From Octopus sinensis (taxonomy: Eukaryota), in the NCBI RefSeq assembly GCF_006345805.1, contig NW_021836411.1, positions 1 to 24,303 on the forward strand: a stretch of 24,303 bases of DNA, given 5' to 3'. Shown here piece after piece: positions 20,065-24,303 of this stretch. The notes beneath the pieces were generated by a model. It was not told the origin of the DNA. It was given only the letters and a program-made list of their open reading frames with translations, and did not search any database. The position numbers and the translations under genes are program-made. The number at the start of each line of letters is the position of its first letter. Positions within the stretch are counted from its first letter, which is position 1.

Positions 20065-21324
20065 TAGGGTGTTCAATTTAAAAGTTGACTCAATTGATTA
20101 ACTGTCAAACTTGCTATGCCAAATTGATTTTAGCCTTTTACAAGTGTAACACATTCGAGATTTCTACTGGAGTCGTAATGGTGTTATCAGTGCAGCAACA
20201 TTCGTTTATTGTGGAATCTTATTTTAGATCAGAACGTTTTATCAATGAGTGATGGATTTACTCCTTTGACTATTGCGTTACCAATTTTAAGAGCAAATAT
20301 CCAAATGTGCCTCCACCAACTAAAAGGCAATTAATGTTCTGATTAAAAAGTTTAGGAAGACAGGCTCAGTTGAAAACAAGAAACACGTTTGCCGACGTAC
20401 CCGCCTTTCTGATGATGTGGAAGATATCTGTCAACGAATTCTTTGCAGTCCCAGGAAATCTGTGCAATGCTTGTCTCATGAAACTGAATTATCTGTTGGC
20501 AGCTGCCATACTGCTCTTTGCAAATCGCATGTCCTCTTTACATGAACCTATTCCTGCTGATCTTACCAAAAGATTAGATTACTGCAAATGGTTTCAAGAA
20601 AACCTGGATGACAACCAACTTGACATGACCTTCAGTGACGAAGCTTGAATTCACCTATCAGGATACCTAAATTTGCAAAACACTCGCATCTGGAGTGCTC
20701 CCAATCCTCATGAGTATGTCGAATCACCCTTACATGCAGTGAAGATTGATGTATGGATGGCTATCAGCAGGCGAAGAATAATAGGACTGATTTTTTTCCG
20801 AGAAACCTTGAATTCAGAATGTTATTGTGAAATAATTGATCAGTTTGTTGAGCAGCTAAATGATAATGAAAAAAGTAACGCATAGCTTCAACGGGACTCA
20901 GCAACATGTCATGCTAGCAACCACACTTTGTTTCACTTATGACAAACTTTTGAACACAGGTTGATCACGAAAGGCTTCTGGCCACCCAGATCGCCAGACT
21001 TAACACTTGTCAATTTCTTTTTATTCGGCTATATCAAGGACGCTGTGTTTGCAAAGAATCCACACACACTTGATGAACTGTATATGGATATTACTGATAT
21101 TGTAATATTGTGAAGTTTTGATTAATGTGTTCCAGAACAAACATCGTCATGTTGACTTATGTCTACAATGTGGTGGCCAACAATTTCAACATGTTTTGGA
21201 ACTAGTTTGAAGTTGTAACTTTCAAATGAGCATTTCAATAAAAAGTAGATTTGACCGTAATATTGCACATTCTTTATAACTATTAATAAATAGAATTGAG
21301 TCAGCTTTTAAATTGAACACCCTG
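20065..21324 (+). mobile_element. Full-length (1260 bp) defective rosa-like Tc1/mariner transposon
   Basis: 31-bp TIRs (20065-20095 / 21294-21324, 29/31 match) with TA on both sides. From ATG 20178: MVLSVQQHSFIVESYF..KKFRKTGSV..FSDEA*IHLSGYLN.QN.RIW..QRDSATCH..WPPRSPDLT..FFLFGYIKD.V..P.TLDEL..GQQFQHVL. Multiple stops and frameshifts. Confidence 0.93.
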
Positions 21325-21358
21325 TATATTTGTGTATATATGTGTGTATATATATATG

Positions 21359-21433
<75 letters not shown>

Positions 21434-21452
21434 GTACAAATATATATGTGTG
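21325..21452. repeat. (TA)n/(TG)n microsatellite
   Basis: Directly visible. Confidence 0.95.
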
Positions 21453-22024
21453 TAGTTGAAAAATATAGTCATAGGCATAAATATACCATAAATAATTATA
21501 GAAAAATGGAGAAAAAGATGTTGAATCAAAATTGGATTTAATACAAAATAGGATTCAATACATGCATATGTTTCAAAGGACAATACAAATATGTAAGAAA
21601 AAATATAATCATAATAATTAAATTTATGCATTGTCATTCTCATCAGTGTGAGGAATTTTTGTAAGGACATCAAAAGTTTAATAAAATAAAAGAGAGTTGT
21701 ACATATACATATTAATATTGAAAAATGAAAAAATATATATTACACAAGGCTAAAAGTGATAGGCAAGACTATGTTTGAAAAAAGTTACAATATTTAAGTA
21801 AAATGTACAAAGAAGCAGGGAAAAAAACCAAAGAGAACTTAAGGAAAAAAACATTGATCACAAACAAGACTGGCTGATGTATTCAAGAAAGTTATCTTAC
21901 TCAAAAACTAGCCCGGGGTAGGGGACACAATCAGAAAAAAGTAGGAAGAAAAAACGAATATATAGAGAAAATTATTAAAAAATTACAAATGATAGAAAAA
22001 ACGTATACACTTAACACAGGGATA

Positions 22025-22812
22025 TATTGTCATACACATATACATACACACACACACACATACACAAAATGTGCATACTCTCACATATACACATACAAGG
22101 GTGCAGGTGTGAGGGAAGATACAAAATAAAGATGTATTCACATAAGACATATATAGATATAAATAAATAAATATATATACATATACACACATACATACAC
22201 ACACATATACATACATATATATGCATATACATATATGTATATATACATACACACACCTACAAACATGCACATACATGTACACGCACACATGTATATACAT
22301 TCATATATATATATAAATAAATATATATTTATATATATATATATATACACACCCACATGAATACACATAATATATACACATCCCAAACAAAAAACAAAAA
22401 AACAAATGTGCATGCAAAATACACCAAAGAAAAAACATAGAAATACACATATATATGCACAGATATACACACGTATATGCATGTGTGTTAATGTATCCAT
22501 ACACAAAAAACATGCATTTACAGACAAAAGAAGTATACATACACACCTACATATACTTGTGTATACACATGTAGAGAAAAACATAAAATGCATTCATGCA
22601 CAAACACAAAAACACATACCTACATGTGAATATATATATATATATATATATTTATATACATTTATAAGTATACATACACATAAAAATACAAATATATACA
22701 TATGTACATATATATACACATACACATATACATATATGCACACATACATATAAAAACATGAACGCAAGTGCATAAACATATCCACACAAGAACACATACA
22801 TACATACACATA
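22025..22812. repeat. Degenerate CA/TA low-complexity tract
   Basis: Directly visible; it is the source of many spurious Y/I/C/V/H/T-rich ORFs. Confidence 0.9.
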
Positions 22813-22884
22813 ACCTAAGAATGTAATAAGAACCAATAAGAAAATGACAAAGAGGTAATCAATAATACTGTTTAAGGTTAGTGA

Positions 22885-23480
22885 AAAGAAATTTGGACAT
22901 ATGCTTACAAGAGAAAAACTCTTTCATCTCTCGAATTTAAGATAGAACCATTCATTTTCATAATTATATAAGACTCTTCAAGGCATAAAGGGCACGTTCT
23001 ATTTCTAATTCTATAAGAAGAAACAACATTCTAAGAAATTGTGAAATTTATGTTGTCTCTTTTAAGTTGCTATGCCTCTTTGGATAAACTAGTACTACTT
23101 TCTTTCCGAGGATCATTAAAAGATGATTTATGATTATTCAAACGTAATTTAAGTGGGGTCTGCATGCAACCTATATAATGAAACCTAGAGAGATCATGTG
23201 TTGTTATAGTAGCATTATATACAACATAATTCATTTTACAATTACTTTTAACCTCGCAGGTGTTAGGGTTTCTACAGTTACAATTGCTACTAATATTAGA
23301 CGAACTATTGTTATGTGTTGATAGAGGAAGAGATTGTGTATGGGAATCATTGGTAGAAGATACAGAGCTATTTGAATAGTTGGGGTTAGTATAAGTAGTA
23401 GAGAAGGTTTAATTCTTGTAGTAAAGATTTTGTTTTCTATTGTTAAAGAAATAAGTTAGGAGAAACAGAAAAGCCAAATG
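22885..23480 (-). pseudogene. Penelope-like GIY-YIG endonuclease relic with S/T/N-rich linker (not in the ORF track)
   Basis: Hand translation: GFSVSPNL..linker..CNCRNPNTCEVKSNCKMNYVVYNATITT..HYIGCMQTPLKLRLNNHKSSFND..STSLSKEA*QLKR.NI.F.IS*..RTCPLCLEE..LNSRDE..SCKH. Both stops are TAG at positions where Trp is expected. Confidence 0.88.
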
Positions 23481-24303
23481 TATGTACATTTTTACTTAAA
23501 TATTGTAACCTTTTTCAAACATAGTCTTGCCTATCACTTTTAGCCTCGTGTAAAAAAATATATATATTTTTTCGTTTTTCAATATTAATATGTATAACTC
23601 TCCATTGTCTTTTTCTACTAGTTCACCTGTTACGTTATATTCTACCATACAAACTTGGCCCTGTTTATTATACTTTGTCTCGACCTGTTACCATTTTTTT
23701 AAACATATCCGTTAGATTTTTATTCTGATTTTTGTTATAGGTTTTGCATATATATAGACGGGCATACACATTGATATGTCTGTCTTTTTTTTTTCTCTTT
23801 TGTCTCTCTTACTATTACTGTTATTTTTTCCATTTTACAACTTGCTTGTATATATCCAATATTTTTCCATATTACCCCATTTGTATTCTCCCTTATTGTA
23901 TCTTATTTTACTTATTCTATTAAACTTTTTTGGATGTCCTTACAAAAATGACAATGCATGAATTTAATTATAATTACTATGATTATAATTTTTTTCTTAC
24001 ATATTTGTATTGTCCTTTGAAACGCGCATATATACTGAATCCTATTTTGTATTAAATCTAATTTTGATGCAGCATCTTTTTCTCCTCCATTTTTCTGTAA
24101 TTGTTTATGGTATATTTATGCCTATAACAATATTTTCCAACTACTGTTTCCATATTCTTATTACTTACTTTGAGTGTTTTTTGTGAATATGATGAATCTT
24201 TATTAGAAATCATTCTTTCTCTTTTAGGACCTCTCAAAAAGTTTGAATAGCTATCTTTTGAACTTATTTTTTCCCACATATATGTGTATATACATATGTG
24301 TGT

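Larger units (their letters stand above)
21452..24280 (-). mobile_element. 5'-truncated Penelope-like element with a 3' pseudo-LTR (about 21452-21980) and an inverted pseudo-LTR (23483-24280) at its 5' junction
   Basis: The EN relic lies on the minus strand (next feature). 21452-21809 is the reverse complement of 23483-24144, except for about 300 extra bp in the right copy. Confidence 0.75.

Noticed and set aside
21308-22836. Overlapping long ORFs up to 151 aa
   Set aside because: Low-complexity CA/TA tract; stop-poor by composition.

Overview
AT-rich, repeat-saturated animal genomic DNA. The SINE families, GAT-tailed RTE 3' ends and (TA)n/(CA)n density resemble octopus/coleoid cephalopod DNA; this is my recognition from memory, not a database result. 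No intact protein-coding gene is present, and most ORFs in the track are microsatellite or transposon artefacts. By hand translation the window holds a decayed R4/Dong-type LINE split by a Pearl/HINE-like insert, RTE-type LINE 3' fragments and at least three SINE families. It also holds a rosa-like mariner with DD38D spacing plus a fragment of it, an internally deleted pogo/Brinker-domain transposon, nested long-TIR MITEs, and two Penelope-like (PLE) GIY-YIG endonuclease relics, one with an inverted pseudo-LTR. The most notable unannotated signal is a set of minimal type-I hammerhead ribozyme motifs with palindromic stem III at 12380-12440, 14431-14465, 16256-16293, 19071-19106 and 19251-19290, plus weaker relics. 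They sit in short microsatellite-embedded repeats and inverted repeats. A candidate promoter (NRF1-like motif), non-coding first exon and ATG-bearing second exon (4838-6998) suggest that most of the window is an intron of a + strand gene. All alignments, folds and counts were done by eye.
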